Positions 16,899-30,912 of a stretch of 64,000 nucleotides of DNA are shown in pieces. How positions within the stretch are numbered: position 1 is the stretch's first letter; each line of letters starts with the position of its first letter. Below the pieces are notes generated by a model, which made no database searches, was not told the DNA's origin, and saw only the letters and a program-made list of their open reading frames with translations. Location: NCBI RefSeq assembly GCF_009914755.1, contig NC_060926.1, one strand, 5' to 3'. Both the position numbers and the translations under genes were made by a program. This DNA comes from the human T2T-CHM13v2.0 reference genome, Homo sapiens.

Positions 16899-19309
16899 TA
16901 GTGAGAGTCAGCAAATATTTTTGAGCAGAGAAGTCTCCCTCCCTCACAAATAATTCACATTCCAGAAAAGAGGTCATATGTAATTTCAGCATAGCGATGT
17001 TGTTTTTTATTTTGCGGGGGGAGTTAAGGGTGGGAGGGACAACATAATGATGTCTGACTTTGATAAGAAGGGGATAATCTTAAATCATAGCATATAGTAA
17101 GTGCTCGCTAGTTGAGAGAATATCCTGATGATGAGTATACAAGCCTCAAAGTTACAGAAAGATGTTGAAAGCCTATCTCTAAAATTAATTAAACCAAAAC
17201 CTTTTCTATCCATGATGCCTTCATTCATCACAAGCCACAGGAGCTTGAGTCCAGCATTTAGGAAAAAGAGAACTAATGGGTGTCATAACTTTCAAGATTT
17301 TCCTGTTGTGGGAATTTTTAGATATTCCTTGTCATGCCATTACTTTCTATTTATTTGACTCTCTATTTGGAAACTAATAGAAACAATATTTCCCTTCACT
17401 TTACTTTCTATTGTGGGCCACGATTCTCAGAGTATATGTTTAATTCAAACTACTTGATTTAGTTATTAGAAAACTCCTAGCCAATCGCTTTGTTCTATGT
17501 GACTCACAAATAATAAATGATACTGGAGAGTGTAGCATAAAGATGAAGAATTCCTGGTGTTAAGGTAATATCCACAGCATATTGTTAATCAACCATTTAG
17601 TTCACTCATTTTAATCTCTAATTTCACACAAAAGCAATTTGTTCAATTAAATTGGCTACTACAGAGAAATTCCAAAGTTGGTATAATTTAGTGGCTGCTG
17701 TTAAAAAAAAAAAAACATAAAATTCTGTCTATTCACTGCATGTAAGTACAGTGCATTGAGATAGAAAAGGACTGATATTATTTTTAATCTTATTGAAAGT
17801 GTATGTCTACAATTCAGATATCCTTTCTGAATGGTCATGCCAGATTATATGTATAAGCTCTTGTAGATAGCCCCAGGCTTACTAAGTACTGTTTAGAGCA
17901 GTAAACAGCATCCAGGGGATTTGTTGACATTTCTTATTGGTTGCTACAGGGATATGACCAAATTACAATCCTCAGTATAAAGGACCATGGATATTAACAC
18001 ACAAACTACTCAGTCTGAATTCAAGAAAGACAATTCTATAATGTTCCAGGTGTTCTCAATATATCTGAATACTAATGTACTTAACAACATAAAACTATGT
18101 ATAGCCACAAGAATTGGAAATTTATTACTGCAGTAATAAAATGAGGCTATAGCTTTCTATTGATTCAGGTTACATATCTAAATTTTTAGGTTTAGTTTTC
18201 ATGTAGATTTTCAATGAAGCTTGTTTTAAAAGATTCTTAATGTTTTCTGGAGTGTGTAAGTGTATACATTTTGTGTACATGGTATAACAACATTTACCAG
18301 GGAAATATATCCTTCCCTTCTTTTTTATTCTAACATATGAAAAAGATAAAGAAAAAAATATTTACCCTAGTTTATTGCATAGTATAATGCCTTAGAGGCC
18401 AAACTAGCTAAAGCTCATATTAAACTTTTTAAAATAAGCTAACTAATAAAATTGAATATTATCTGGCTTCTCAGATAACTCATAGTGATGAAAAATGGAA
18501 TCACAATATTTAAACAATGGTGAAATTCAGGAGGGAATAGTGAGATAAAAATAAAGACCAATGCAATTATATGATCGAATATATACTAGGCATTAAAATC
18601 AAATAGGTTAAGAGAAATTTAACAAATTTAACCTTCTTTTTAGGCAAATTACAGTGCAATGTGTAATTTATATAAGGCATTAATTAATTTTACTTCAGAT
18701 ATCATGCCTAAAAAACAGATGTCATTAATCACACATTTTTAATTTCATTAAACTTGTGTCTAAATCAATCTTTTCTTATAAACTTCAATATCTTGAATGT
18801 CATAGAAAAGTCAAGTGACAGATGGCTCTGTTTCATTCAAAAGAGTCAATCTATGAAGCTACACCTGAGGATTTTAGGATTGTGTTGGTTGCTGATGTAC
18901 AGATTCTTATTTGTAAGCACTCTCTAGAATCACATAACTTTTATGTGGTACACAAAGCTGAAAAGATAAGCTAATTTAAGGACTTTTATCAGGACATACT
19001 CTAAGAGAGTTTAAAGATACCATGGAAACAAGTTACCAGCTTATAACAACCTCAGTGATATTTATGCAACCCACTAGACACCCACTATGCCTTCGTTGTC
19101 ACTAGGGCAGATAGTTCCTATTTGTGAGTTACATCATCCTTGCTGCTATTTATTCAGTTTTTCACATCTCTGTCCTCTTCCTCCATCATCCAAAGTATCC
19201 CCTTTTCCTTGCCAAACACTTAAGCAAGTTTCTGTTCTAGTTTCTGTTTTCTATTATTCCAATAGTTCTTTTTATCCTTGAGGTATAAATTCTTAGTTTG
19301 TTAAAATAA

Positions 19310-20250
19310 TAATAATTACCATTTTGAGTGTTCATACTGTGTTGTATACAGTACTTATTTTTCTATATATCACCTTGTTCAATTTTCACAATCAACTTAC
19401 GCAACAATAGCAAACTAACTATGGGTCAAATAATGATTCTACCACTTATTAGCTATGTAACCTTGGACACAGCTTAACCTCTCTGTGCTTCAAGTTTGTC
19501 ATCTGAAAATCAGAGTCATGTACCTACTCAATGGGACTATTGTGAGGATTACATGAGTTAATACATGTAAAGCACTTAGAAGAGTACCTGGCACATAATA
19601 ACAGCCAGCATATATTAATAGCATGCTATTACCTCCAATATATATGAGGAAATGGTTGAGAAATATCAGGTAATTTGCCACGATCATATCATTAGACAGG
19701 GAAGAGATTCAAATGCTGATCTGTTTCACTCCTAAACTTTGGTGCTTCCTAAACTGCATTGCCTTTCTTTCTTGGGTATCTTTCATCGTTAACACATTTT
19801 AAATGGTAATTTATAGTTCATAGAGCTCTCATGTAAGTTTGTCTCATTTGATCTTCACAATTTCAAGAGATAATAACAGCCCTGCATATTACACTTTTGT
19901 GTGTGTGTGAAGACACTGAGGCTTAAACAGATTGTATGACTTAAACAGATTGTACAACTTAAACCTGGTCTCCCAGAGAAAAAACAAGTCAGTCCAGGCT
20001 TGGGATTCAGGATTTCTGATTCCTTTGCGAAAATTCTATTTTAAAACATTTGAGAAGCAAATAGAAATAAATGAATGAATTAGTTAATTTCATTAATCAA
20101 TCTTTGTCTCCATTTCCTCATCTGGGTATATAATGAGGACCGTATATTTATTTCATAGGGTTATTATGATAATTAAATAAATTAATCTGTGTAAAGCTCT
20201 CAGAACAGTACATGGAACATAGTAAGAGCTAATAAATTATGGGTGTTAGG
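19310..20250. mobile_element. Cluster of MIR fragments in both orientations
   Basis: A plus MIR at ~19420-19625 (AACCTCTCTGTGCTTCAAGTTT..AAAGCACTTAGAAGAGTACCTGGCACATA) sits inside minus MIR pieces. Further MIRs at ~19820-20020 (-) and ~20100-20250 (+). Confidence 0.7.
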
Positions 20251-20334
20251 TAGAGGAATAAAAAGAACAGGAGAAGGTGATTTTTTTTTAAAGTGAGATC
20301 TTGTACTGTTTTCAACAGATTCAATATCTAATGA

Positions 20335-23300
20335 ACTTTATTGTTTTACCTCTCATAATTAGCTCTGCAATTCATTTGGAATTTATTTCTCTGTGTAATA
20401 CAAGGTAGAGATAAAGATTTTCTTTTTCCATATGGCCATCCAATTGATCTGGCATCATTTATTAAAAACACAATCCTTTCCCCATTGTTCTGCAATGAAA
20501 TCATTATCATCAATCTAATGACTACACGTGTGAATCTATTTCTAGAACTTTATTTCCTATACCAATACCCCACTATCTAATTCATAAAATACACTGATGT
20601 CTAATAAAATCTTCCAATTTTGCCTTCTTCTTCAATATCTCTTAAATGTTTTACAAATTTTATTTCCATAAAAATTTTATAATAAGCTTGTTAATTTTTC
20701 ACAAAATACTTTGACAATTGTGATTGGTATGTCACTGAATTTGTGGGAATTGATGTTGTTCCAATATTGAGTCTTTTGATCCATAAAACATACATAATAA
20801 AAAGTGGCATGCCCTAGCATGTTAAATATCTTTCAAAATTATTTTCTGGTTCCCTGTGTAAATTTTGTATTAAATCTATCCATAGATATTTTATGTTTTA
20901 TTTGTAGTATTTTTTTAATATTATTTGATTCACTATTGACAGTAGATAAAAATATAATTAAATTTGTATACTGACATGTGTCCAGCAAACTGCTAAATTT
21001 ACATTTTAAAGTTATTCATATATAAGGTATTTTTCATTTTCAACAGACACAACCATATTATTTGTTAATAATTACAACTTTCTTTTCTTTCTTTTTTGTA
21101 TCATTCTCATTAGCAGAAGGAATGGTTCCAATTTTCACTATGGAGTTTGATTGCTGTATTTTTTTTGTAACTACAGTTTATCAATTTAATGAAGTTACTT
21201 TTTATTCCTAATCACAAGTGGGTGTTGAATTTTGTAGTTTTTCTGCTTCTGTTGAAATAATTATTTTTCCTAATGAGTAATAAATTCCATTTATTAAACA
21301 TCAAAATTCTAACTATCTTTATATACCTTAAATAAACCCTACTTGGTGATGATTTGACATTACGCTAAGGATTTTTATATCAATATTTATGAAATATATT
21401 ATTTCAAATTATTCAATTTTATTTTGTAATTTCTTTGGCAGATTTTTGAAGCAGATTTTGCTGACCTTATACAGGGTCAGAAAGTGTTCTTTATTTTCAA
21501 GGAATGTTTTTTCATTAAATTTTTGAAATAAGACACTGGTAAAGGCTTCAGTAGCTGCAGTTTTCTTTATGAAATTGAATTAAGGAAGTGACTCAATTTC
21601 TTTAAACACATAACAGACCCTCTGGATATTTAATTTCTTCTTGTGTCAGTTTTGCTAAGTCCCTCTCCAAGAAATTTGCCCAATTCTTCCAAATTCCTTT
21701 CAATGGACTTTTTTTTTTTTTCTGGTAATCCCCTCTTATCTTTTTGATATCAATAGGATCTGTAGGTATCTCTTTTTAAAAATTATTGATACTGGTAATT
21801 TATGATTTCTCTTTTTTTAGATAATTCTTGTTGAAGTTTATGCTTTTTATCAATCTTTTTATATAACTCTTGAATATTTTCCACTTTATTTAACAGCAGT
21901 CTTATCTTTGTATTATTTGTTTTCTTCTACTTTCCTTAGGTTTGCTTTGCTGTTTGTTATTGTTCTTGTTCACTTCTTTTTGGTTCCTAAGATAGAAGCT
22001 TGTATCAGTGATTTTTCAGCCTGTTTTTTCCACATATGCATTTAAGGCTACATATTTTAGTATAAGTAGTGTTTTTGATGCAGTCCACAAGTTACCAGGT
22101 TATAAATGTATCTAAGTTATATTTTTGACTTTTTCAAGTATATTGTTTGATTTCTAGTTCATTCAATTTTTTCTGTTTAACAGTTCAGTATTGGTTTCTA
22201 GTTTAATTCCTTTAGATCAGAGAATATTCAATAAATAATATATATCTTTGGAAGTGTGCTGAAGCTACTTTTTTGGAACAGCATATGGTCAGTTTTGTTA
22301 AATGGACATTTGAAGGCAATGTAAATTCTTATATTGTTAGATGCAATATTCTATCATTGTCAATTGTATATGACATGTTTTCCTCATGTAGTCTTCTGAT
22401 ATTCTAAACCTAACACATCCTTAGGTTTTGTCTGCTTGTTATATTAGCTTTTGAAAGAGATGAGTTAATGTTTCTCACTATGATTATGCATTTGTCAATT
22501 TCTCCTTTTAGTTCTATAGGTCTGCTTTATAGATTGTAAAGCTATGTTATTGAATGCATACACATTTATGACTTTATTGCTCTATTATTCCATTGTAATG
22601 ATATCTTATTCATTATGAAATGTCCCCTTTCTTCTACTAATAATTCTTTATTTAATGTTTACTTTGTTGGCCTGCTGCATTACAATAAAAATTAACTTAT
22701 CCATTACCCCCAAACATTTTTTGTGCCTTTTTATAATTCCTCACTATTGCCCCTTCTTGCTTTTTTCCCTACCCTATCTCCATGCTTTCTGTCATAATGT
22801 TAGTTTGCATTTCCTAGAATTTTATATTAACAGAAGAATACAGTATTTTTTCTTTTCCTTCTTCTTCTCCAATTTCATCTTGCTTTCTTCCTCTCAGCAG
22901 AATTATTTTGAGATTCATTAATTTTATAGCATGCACCAATAGCTAATTCTTTCAACTGCTAAATAATATACCATTGTATACTATACCATAATTTGTTTAT
23001 CTAGCACATGTGAATTTCTTCTGGTTTGTACTATTAGAAATAAAACTATATGAACATCTACATGCGAATCTTGTGTAAAATGTTTATTTTCTCTTGGGTA
23101 AATAACTAATGGTTTAATTTCTGGATGACATAGTAGGTTAACATTTAAAACATTTAAGAAACTACCAAACTATTTTCTAATAGCAATTTGTTTATTGCTA
23201 GTTTATAGAAGTACAATAGATTCTTACATATTGACCTTAAACTCATTTATGGTCTTCTGAGATTATTTGTATAGAATTTTAGATAATTGTGTAATCTGCA

Positions 23301-23645
23301 AATAAAACAGCTGTACTTTTACTTTTTTTTTTTTTTTTTGCATCTAGGCTTAGACTCTTTGGGAGGGTATTGTTTTAAACTCTGAAATATGTTTTGTTGG
23401 TATAACTCTTTAGGAGCTTTTACTTCTGCAGACACCATAACTTTCTCTTGAAGTCCTTGAGACTGCTGATTTCTGACTGAGCCCTGACTCCCTTCAGTGA
23501 GACATGGAAACTGCCTCCACTCAGAATTTATGCATCTTACGTCCCTTCTCTTGGGATTCACAGTTCCATGTTGCCTAATGTTCAATATATGAAAGCCATT
23601 ATAACTCCAATATTTGTTACCTCATCTTGAAACAAACCAGAAGTA
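20335..23645 (-). mobile_element. Old L1M fragments (nested)
   Basis: T-rich tract with reverse L1 ORF2 phrases (TTTTCCATATGGCCATCCAATTG, CCAATATTGAGTCTT, GTCAATTTCTCCTTTTAGTTCTAT) and a 3'UTR-type piece at ~22680-23170. Confidence 0.7.
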
Positions 23646-23698
23646 TCAATTACTCTCATTACATACTTTTAATGTCTTCTATTAAAAAAGATATTTCC

Positions 23699-24000
23699 AG
23701 CTGGGCACGGCGGCTCACCCCTGTAATCCCAGCACTTTGGGAGACTGAGGGAGGCAGATCACCTGAGGTCAGGAGTTTGAGACCAGCCTGACCAACATGG
23801 TGAAACCCCGTCTCTACTGAAAATACAAAAATTAGCTGTGTGAGGTGGTGCGTGTCTGTAATCCCAGCTACTCATTCAGGAGGTTGAGGCAGGAGAATCG
23901 CTTGAACCCAGGAGGTGGAGGTTGCATTAGCCAAGATCGCACCACTACATTCCAGCCTGGGCAACAAAGCAAGACTCCATCTCAAAAAAAAAAAAAAAAA
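23699..24000 (+). mobile_element. Alu SINE (AluSx-like)
   Basis: Full dimer with poly-A. TSD AAAAAAGATATT(T/A)CC on both sides. Confidence 0.96.
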
Positions 24001-26043
24001 GATATTACCTTCATTTTATCTCTCTTCCAAAGCCAAACTTTAATCTGACTTTTTAAAGTATTTTAAAGATATTTTGTTTTAAAACCAAATTTATATAAAA
24101 TGCCATATTCCCATCTATCATTGTATAATTTTTAAAATTATTTATTATAAGAATGATTCCATGATATTACCAGGTGGTAGCCTGATGCAAAAAAAATGTA
24201 ATTTTTTTACGTCTTGTATGTGTTTAAATCTAGTATCCATATTCCGTTTCCAAGCCATATTATCCTTTCTGCATTTCAGGCATCAGTGTAGGTAAAAGCT
24301 ATCTAAAAATATAAGCTTTTTCATTGTTTCTGGGTAATTGACTGAAATAAGGGAAAAGTTATTATTCCATCATTCATGTCATTGATATGTCACTGAATGA
24401 AAAATATTTCCCCTTTAGTCTTCTATTCTATTTCTATCTGATATTAGTAAAAACAGATATGAAGCCCTCATCAAAACGTCTTTAAAGTCAGTAAACAGCA
24501 AGAAGTACAGACCTCTCTGTTCTCAGTTAATGTCACCAATTCTCAAAACCAAAGGACTGCATAATTAAGAAAAATTATGAGTTCATCTTGGCTTCTTAGA
24601 AAAACATGCATATATTAAAATGGCTAATTATAATCTACACCTATATCTATAGCTATAGCTACAGCTATATAGACTAAAGTAAATGAATCAAGGATGTGAC
24701 AAGATTTGGAGAGAAGCTATCCTAAAAGTGATAAAATCTCAGATCCTGACCTAACACTACTTTGAGCAGTTTGGCATTGAATACATTAAAACTTCTATAA
24801 ATCTTAGTGACTCTATTTATAAAAAAGATAATGTCTGTTTGTTATTGTCAAATAAGAGATTGAATTTTTAAAAACTACTATAAATATTATAAAGAAAAAC
24901 AAAGTCAACATAGATTCTTAACACCGTTGACTACAATTTAAAGTTCCAATAGTAATTCTAATTTTTATCCACTCTGTATCGATCTATATCAGGGATGTGA
25001 GAATAACATACAAATTATATAATCTTTAAAACAGAGAAATTAAAATATATTGTATTTCAGAATAAAAAGGCTTGAATGCTATGTACTTCAAAAAAGTAGA
25101 ATCTGAAGGTAGCACTGTATTAACAGCTTTCAGTGTTGAAAATATGAGAAAAATTCAGGTGTGTCTTTGACTCCTGCCCAAACATGCTTAATGCTTCCTA
25201 GGTAAGCTAAAGTTAGAAGTATTTTGAAGTAAATGATATACGTAGCAACTGCAATTTATTCTCATTCAAGTACAACTAAAATAAACATTGAAGCAGAAAG
25301 CTTGGGATACTGCATACTGAAATCAATATATAAGTGAGTGAAGTTTCATACTGCACTTTACAGCTTTGGAAACTAAGATTTTTCCATTTTATGAATACAT
25401 TCTTGAATAAAAGAATTTCATTCTTCAGGAGCATGCTGTCAGCAGGAGTGGGAGCACTAAAATAGGGTCACACAAAAAAGTGCAGATCCTGATCCAGGCC
25501 CATGTCCTCTCACTTAAAATTCATGAGATCCTTCCTTAGGAAAGACAACAAGTCAAATCACATCATGTCACAGACTCTCCCTCCTCCAAAATGAAACAAA
25601 ATAGAAAAATCAAGTTAGATCTAGACAAAACTCACTGACAGCCCTGTGAAAGAAGAAAGCACAACCCCCTGACATATTCTTTGATGGTGCCCAAAAGGAA
25701 AAAAAACATATAAATGCTTGTGGAGTGAGGCAGAATTAACTATGCTCACTCCTACTCACAGTAACCGTGGTGGGAAAAGAAGATGAATTGCTGAAATCTT
25801 GATTATTCTTATTGACCCCAATTTTGAGATAAAATAAGAGTAAGAAAGAAGCCTCAGGAAATTATCTCTGGAACCCGAAGAATAATCTCAAGAGTAAAAC
25901 TATCTACTAATAAACACAACATTTCATTAGATGAAGGGGAGGTCCAAAGGGCTTGTCATTTTTATATCATTAATAACTGCAAGAAAAATAAGACAGTGAA
26001 CATAAAATGATCATAAATGTCAAAAGTTAATTATCTTCAGGGG

Positions 26044-26770
26044 TGTAGTAGTTTAAAAATATGTCCACAAATTTTTGGATATTTCTGACTTTGATGGAGC
26101 TTCATTCCCTTCTCTTTGAACAGTTGTCCTGTGCCTATCCCATCATTAACTGTTGTGTGGGTTGGAGGCATGTAATTGGTCTTGTTAATTCACAGATCTA
26201 AAAGAAGCTATACCTGAAATGCTTTATTTAAGCAATTATATCCATGAGGCCCCATCCATGCCTGCACCTAGTTTAGAAGCTAGGATCCTGGATTTTGAGG
26301 TGAGCATGTAAAGGATGAAAATATGGGGGTCTTGGAGTAGGTAAATGCATTTAAAATGCACGTGATAAGAATGTTTATAACTGGAGGCCAGAAGGCTGAC
26401 TATGGTGGTTCTAAATTATGTACATGAACTATCTTCTGTTAGGGCCTAATTTCCAGCCTCTTGAGTGTGGATTATACTTAGTGGCTTGCTTTTAATGAAT
26501 TGACTCTGGCAGAAATGATGGAGTACGACTTCCCAGTGTAGACCAAAGAGGGTTTGTGGCTTTCACATTGCTCTCTCTCAGATTTTCACTTAAGGAAATT
26601 TATCTGCCATGAAGTGAGGACACTCTGTCAACCTTGTGAGGGTTCCTATATACTGAGACTGAGGCCCCTGGCCAAAAGTCAGCAAGGAACGGAAGCCTCC
26701 TGCCCACAGCAACGTAAGTGAGTAAGAAAGTAAATATTTTAGCTTAAGTCAAGCCTTCAAATGGTAACCA
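26044..26770 (+). mobile_element. MLT1F/G-like MaLR remnant (LTR start, internal 3' end, second LTR)
   Basis: Two similar LTR starts (TGTAGTAGTTTAAAAATATGTCCACAAA at 26044, TATGGTGGTTCTAAATTATGTACATGAA at 26401). The second is preceded by PPT-like GGAGGCCAGAAGGCTGAC. Confidence 0.55.
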
Positions 26771-27541
26771 GGCTGAGTAGAAAACGTCATAATTCATGCT
26801 CAGAAGACCTTTGCCTTAGTAGAAAGATAAAATTAACACTAAATACTATTAACACTAAGTAATATTCTGTAACCACCTTAAAAAAATACTTTAAGATTCA
26901 AACTGATTCCAAGTAGTTTAACTATGTCTGCAAAAAAGCTCAAGAATATTTCTAGGATTGCAACAGTAGAACTCAGTAATGTAAAATTGATGCTATCTAG
27001 CATCTAATAGCAATGATAAGATAGCCAAAGAACCAGTTATCTATGATCAAAAATGAAGAAAATAAGTATCAATTAAAATAATGAAATGACACAGATGACA
27101 GAATTAGTATACAAAGACATTAAAGCAGTCATTATAAATATATTTGATATATTCAAGAAGTTAGAAGAAGGATTTATCACGTCATGATAAATATAGATGT
27201 GGACGGTAAAAAATGAACTGTATCAAAATTTTAGAAGAGAAAACTATGATTTCTGAGATGAAAAAGACACTAGAATGAGAGCCAATTATACATTGCAGAA
27301 GAAAGATTTGTGTACTTGAAAACATGTTCTTGAAATATATACAAAATAAAACAGAAAAAAACTGAAAAAAATGAAAAAAATCAATTCTGTTGGACACCAT
27401 CAGGTGGCCTAATAAGCATGTGATGAGACCCTTAAAGACAGGAGAATGAAGAGAGATATGAACATATTTCAAGAAAAAAATGGTCAAATATGTCTCAAAC
27501 TTGATGGAAATAATAAATATGCAAATCAAAAAAGTTCAACT

Positions 27542-27856
27542 GGTCAGGCACAGTGGCTTACACCTGTAATCCCAGCACTTTGGGAGGCCGAGGGGAATGG
27601 ATCACCTGAGGTCAGGAGTTTAAGACCAGCCTGGCCAACATGGCGAAACCACATCTCTACTAAAAGAAAACAAAAATTAGCCAGATATGGTAGTGGGCCC
27701 TTGTAATACCAACTACTCGGGAGGCTGAGGCAGGGAGAATTGCTTGAACCCAGAAGATGGAGGTTGCAGTGAGCCAAGATTGCACCACTGTACTCCACTT
27801 TGGGTGACAGAGCCAGACTGTCTCAAAAAAAAAAAAAAAGAAAAAGAAAAAGAAAA
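27542..27856 (+). mobile_element. Alu SINE (AluSx-like)
   Basis: Full dimer with A/GAAAAA tail. No clear TSD. Confidence 0.95.
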
Positions 27857-28345
27857 ATTATTCTACCAAAAAGACACCTGCATTTCTATGTTTATTGCAG
27901 TGCTATTCACAATAGTAAAGATACGGAATCAACCTAGATGTCCATCAATGGTGGACTGGATAAAGAAAATGTGGTACATAATACCATGGAATACTATGCA
28001 GCCATAAAAAAGAACAAAAGCATGTCTTTCGCAGCAACATGGATGGAGCTGGAGGTCTTTATTCTAAGTGAATTATGGCAGAAACAGAAAACCAAATACT
28101 GCAAGTTCTTGCTTACAAGTGGGAAATAAACACTGGGCATATATGACATAAAGATGGGAAAAACAGACACTGGAGACTTCAAATTGGGGAAGGGAGGGAG
28201 GACAGCGAGGGTTGAAAAATAACCTATTGGGTACTATGTTTACTATTTGGGTGATGGATTCAATGAAGTCCAAACTTCATCATCACACAATATATCCATG
28301 TAACAAATCTGCACATGTACTCCCTGTATCTAAATTTTTTTAAAA
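27857..28345 (+). mobile_element. L1PB/L1PA16-like 3' end
   Basis: ORF2 C-terminal remnant (..WIKKMWY.., FAATWMELE..ILSEL) and 3'UTR ending CATGTAACAAATCTGCACATGTACTCCCTGTATCTAAA. Confidence 0.85.
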
Positions 28346-28811
28346 GGTACATCATAATCAAATACCTTTAAACCAACGATTTTGAAAAAATTTTAACAAC
28401 AGTCAGACCAAAGAAAAGAAGACACACGTGCAGAGAAACAAAGGTAAGAATGAAAGCTGACATCTCATCAAAAACAATCTTACCTGGAAGACAGAAGAGA
28501 ACCATCTTTAAAATACAGAAGTAAACAACAGTCAATCTAGAATTCTTTACTGAGCAAAAAAAATCCTCCAATATCAAAAGTGAAATAAAGGCATTATTAG
28601 AAATGCAAAAGCTGAAAGAATTCATCACCAGCAAAGTGTACGAGAAGAAAAAGAACATCAGGCAGAAAGAAGACGATACCATGTACAAATCTGGATCTAA
28701 ATCTAAACAAAAGAATGAAGAAAATTATGTAATTAAAGAATATATTTTTCTTATTATTTAAATATCTTTAAGTGATAGTTTATTATCTAACACAAAAATC
28801 ATGTTGTACAC

Positions 28812-29235
28812 AGTGTAAGATACCCTCATCACAGAGATGTGCACATTCTAATCCCCAGAACCTGTGGATATGTTAGGTTATACTGGAAAGGAGAATTAAG
28901 ATTGCAGATGGAATTAAGGTTCTTAATCAGTTGACCTTGCAATGGCATGATTATCCTTGATTACACAGGTGGTGGACACATTGTGATTATTAGAATCCTT
29001 GTAAGTGAAAGAGAGAGGTGGAAGACGGGGAATGTCAGCGTGAGACAGTATAAAAAACACTGACCAGCCATTGCTGGCTTTGAAGATGGAAGGGCACCAG
29101 GAGCCAAGGAATGTAGGTCACCTGTATAATCTGGAAAAGGCAAAACAGATTCACTCCTAGGCCTTCCAGAAAGAACACAATCCTGCTGATAGCATGATTT
29201 TAGCTTAATGAGACCTATTTCAGATGCATTTTTAG
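28812..29235 (+). mobile_element. MLT1D-like LTR
   Basis: CTAATCCCCAGAACCTGTGGATATGTTAGGTTA..GCAGATGGAATTAAGGTT..GCCATTGCTGGCTTTGAAGATGGA..AGCCAAGGAATG. Confidence 0.82.
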
Positions 29236-29383
29236 ACATTTCAGGGCAAAATGTTTTTAAATTGCACTAGAAAAAGCTGGAGTGGAGGAATTAAAACATG
29301 CTGCTGTTAATGTCCAATATTATACCTAAAGTCTAATACTATACTATCACTTGAAGTAAGCTATGATCAATTAAATGTGTATA

Positions 29384-29746
29384 CAGTAGCTTTCCTTTAT
29401 TTGCTGTTTCTCTTTCCATGCAAATTTTGGTTACTCATTGTCAACCAAAAATATTACATGGAAAATTTTGGAAATTAACAATTTATTAGTTTTAAATTAC
29501 ATGCCACTCTAAGTAGTGTGATAAAGTCTCACCCTATCCTGCTCCTTCCCACCCCCCCCAGGATGTGAATCTTCCCTTTGTCCAGTATATCCATGTGGTA
29601 GATGCTACCCGCCCACTGGTCACTTAGTGGCCATGTTGGTTATCAGATAGAAAAAACAGTGTGTGTATAGGGTGTGATATTATCTGTGGTTTCAGGCATC
29701 CACTGGGGGTCTTGAAACACATTCCCTGGATAAGGGAGGACTACTA
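29384..29746. mobile_element. MER44A-like (Tigger7-derived) DNA transposon
   Basis: TA-flanked, with terminal inverted repeats CAGTAGCTTTCCTTTAT / GATAAGGGAGGACTACTA and internal GTGAATCTTCCCTTTGTCCAG. Confidence 0.82.
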
Positions 29747-30583
29747 TACTATAAACCCTAAAATAACCACTTAAATATCACAACAAAAAATTAGCCTAAA
29801 AGCCGAAAGTTGCTATAAAATGGAATCATGATAAAATAATGCAAAAGATGCAGAAAAGTAAGGCAAAGAAAACAAAGAATAGATGAGACAAATAGAAAAC
29901 ATTTTATTATTGTGGTGAAGTCTACCTATATTGATTAATATGCTAAACTATCCATTAAATATAAAACAACAGACATCGCCACAAAAGCCTTGTCATATAT
30001 TTATTACTGAATACTTTAAGTAAAAAACTCTCTAAAATAAAACCACACAACTTAGAGAAGAATCAAAGTAAAGTTTAAAATGAGAGAAGGTGTTGTAAAA
30101 AATTAGAGCTGTAAAGATAAAAATAATGCCTTGGAAAGTTAATATGTTTAATCTTGACACATTTTAAATAACTTCAAAATCAATAAATGGTATAATGAAA
30201 ATAGAAATAAGTATAACTGAAAATGCCTTCATTTTATCAACAATGAGAGTTTAAATATACCACATGCAAGGTAAACTGTATTTTACTTTAAAAACTAATA
30301 TCTGTGTTTATCTTTTTAATTTAGGGAAAAATTTAGGTATTTTATAATAAGTAATTCTTAATTTTAATATCTAATTATTGTATATGTTAAAATAAGTTTA
30401 ATACTATTTTTAGAAAATAAAATGCAGAATAAAATGTCAGAATCTCAGTCTTTTGATTATTCCTCTCTCTTGTTGTCTATGTGTAAAGTGTGAGTGAAAA
30501 TATATTAACCTATGAGTGAAGCCTGAAATGACATCCATCTAAATTGATAATATTTACTTCTAAAGGTTGGAATTTAGGGCAAT

Positions 30584-30584
30584 C

Positions 30585-30620
<36 letters not shown>

Positions 30621-30912
30621 CCTGACAGGGTCTTACTGAGTTGCCCAAGCAGGAGTGCAGTAGCAGGATCATAGCTCACCGCAGCCTCAAACTTCCAGGC
30701 TTCAAGTGACCCTCCCACCACAACCTCCTGAGTAGTCAGGTCTACATGTGTGTGCCACCATGCCCAGCTAGCCTTTTTTTGTTAGTTTGTTTTTGTAAAG
30801 ACAGGGTCTCCCTATGTTGCCCAGGCTGGCCTCCAACTCTGGACTCAAGTGCTCCTCCTGCCTCAGCCTCCTAAAATGCTGGGATTACAGGCATGAGTCA
30901 CCGCACCCAGCC
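30584..30912 (-). mobile_element. Alu SINE (AluJ)
   Basis: (TTTTC)n/poly-T followed by a diverged reverse Alu with ATCATAGCTCAC and CTATGTTGCCCAGGCTGG (J-type). Confidence 0.92.

Larger units (their letters stand above)
26800..28800 (+). mobile_element. Old L1M 5'/ORF1 region, interrupted by Alu and L1PB
   Basis: A-rich tract with decayed ORF1 phrases (AGGTACATCATAATCAAA, GCTGACATCTCATCAAAAACAAT, CAATCTAGAATTCT). Confidence 0.65.
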
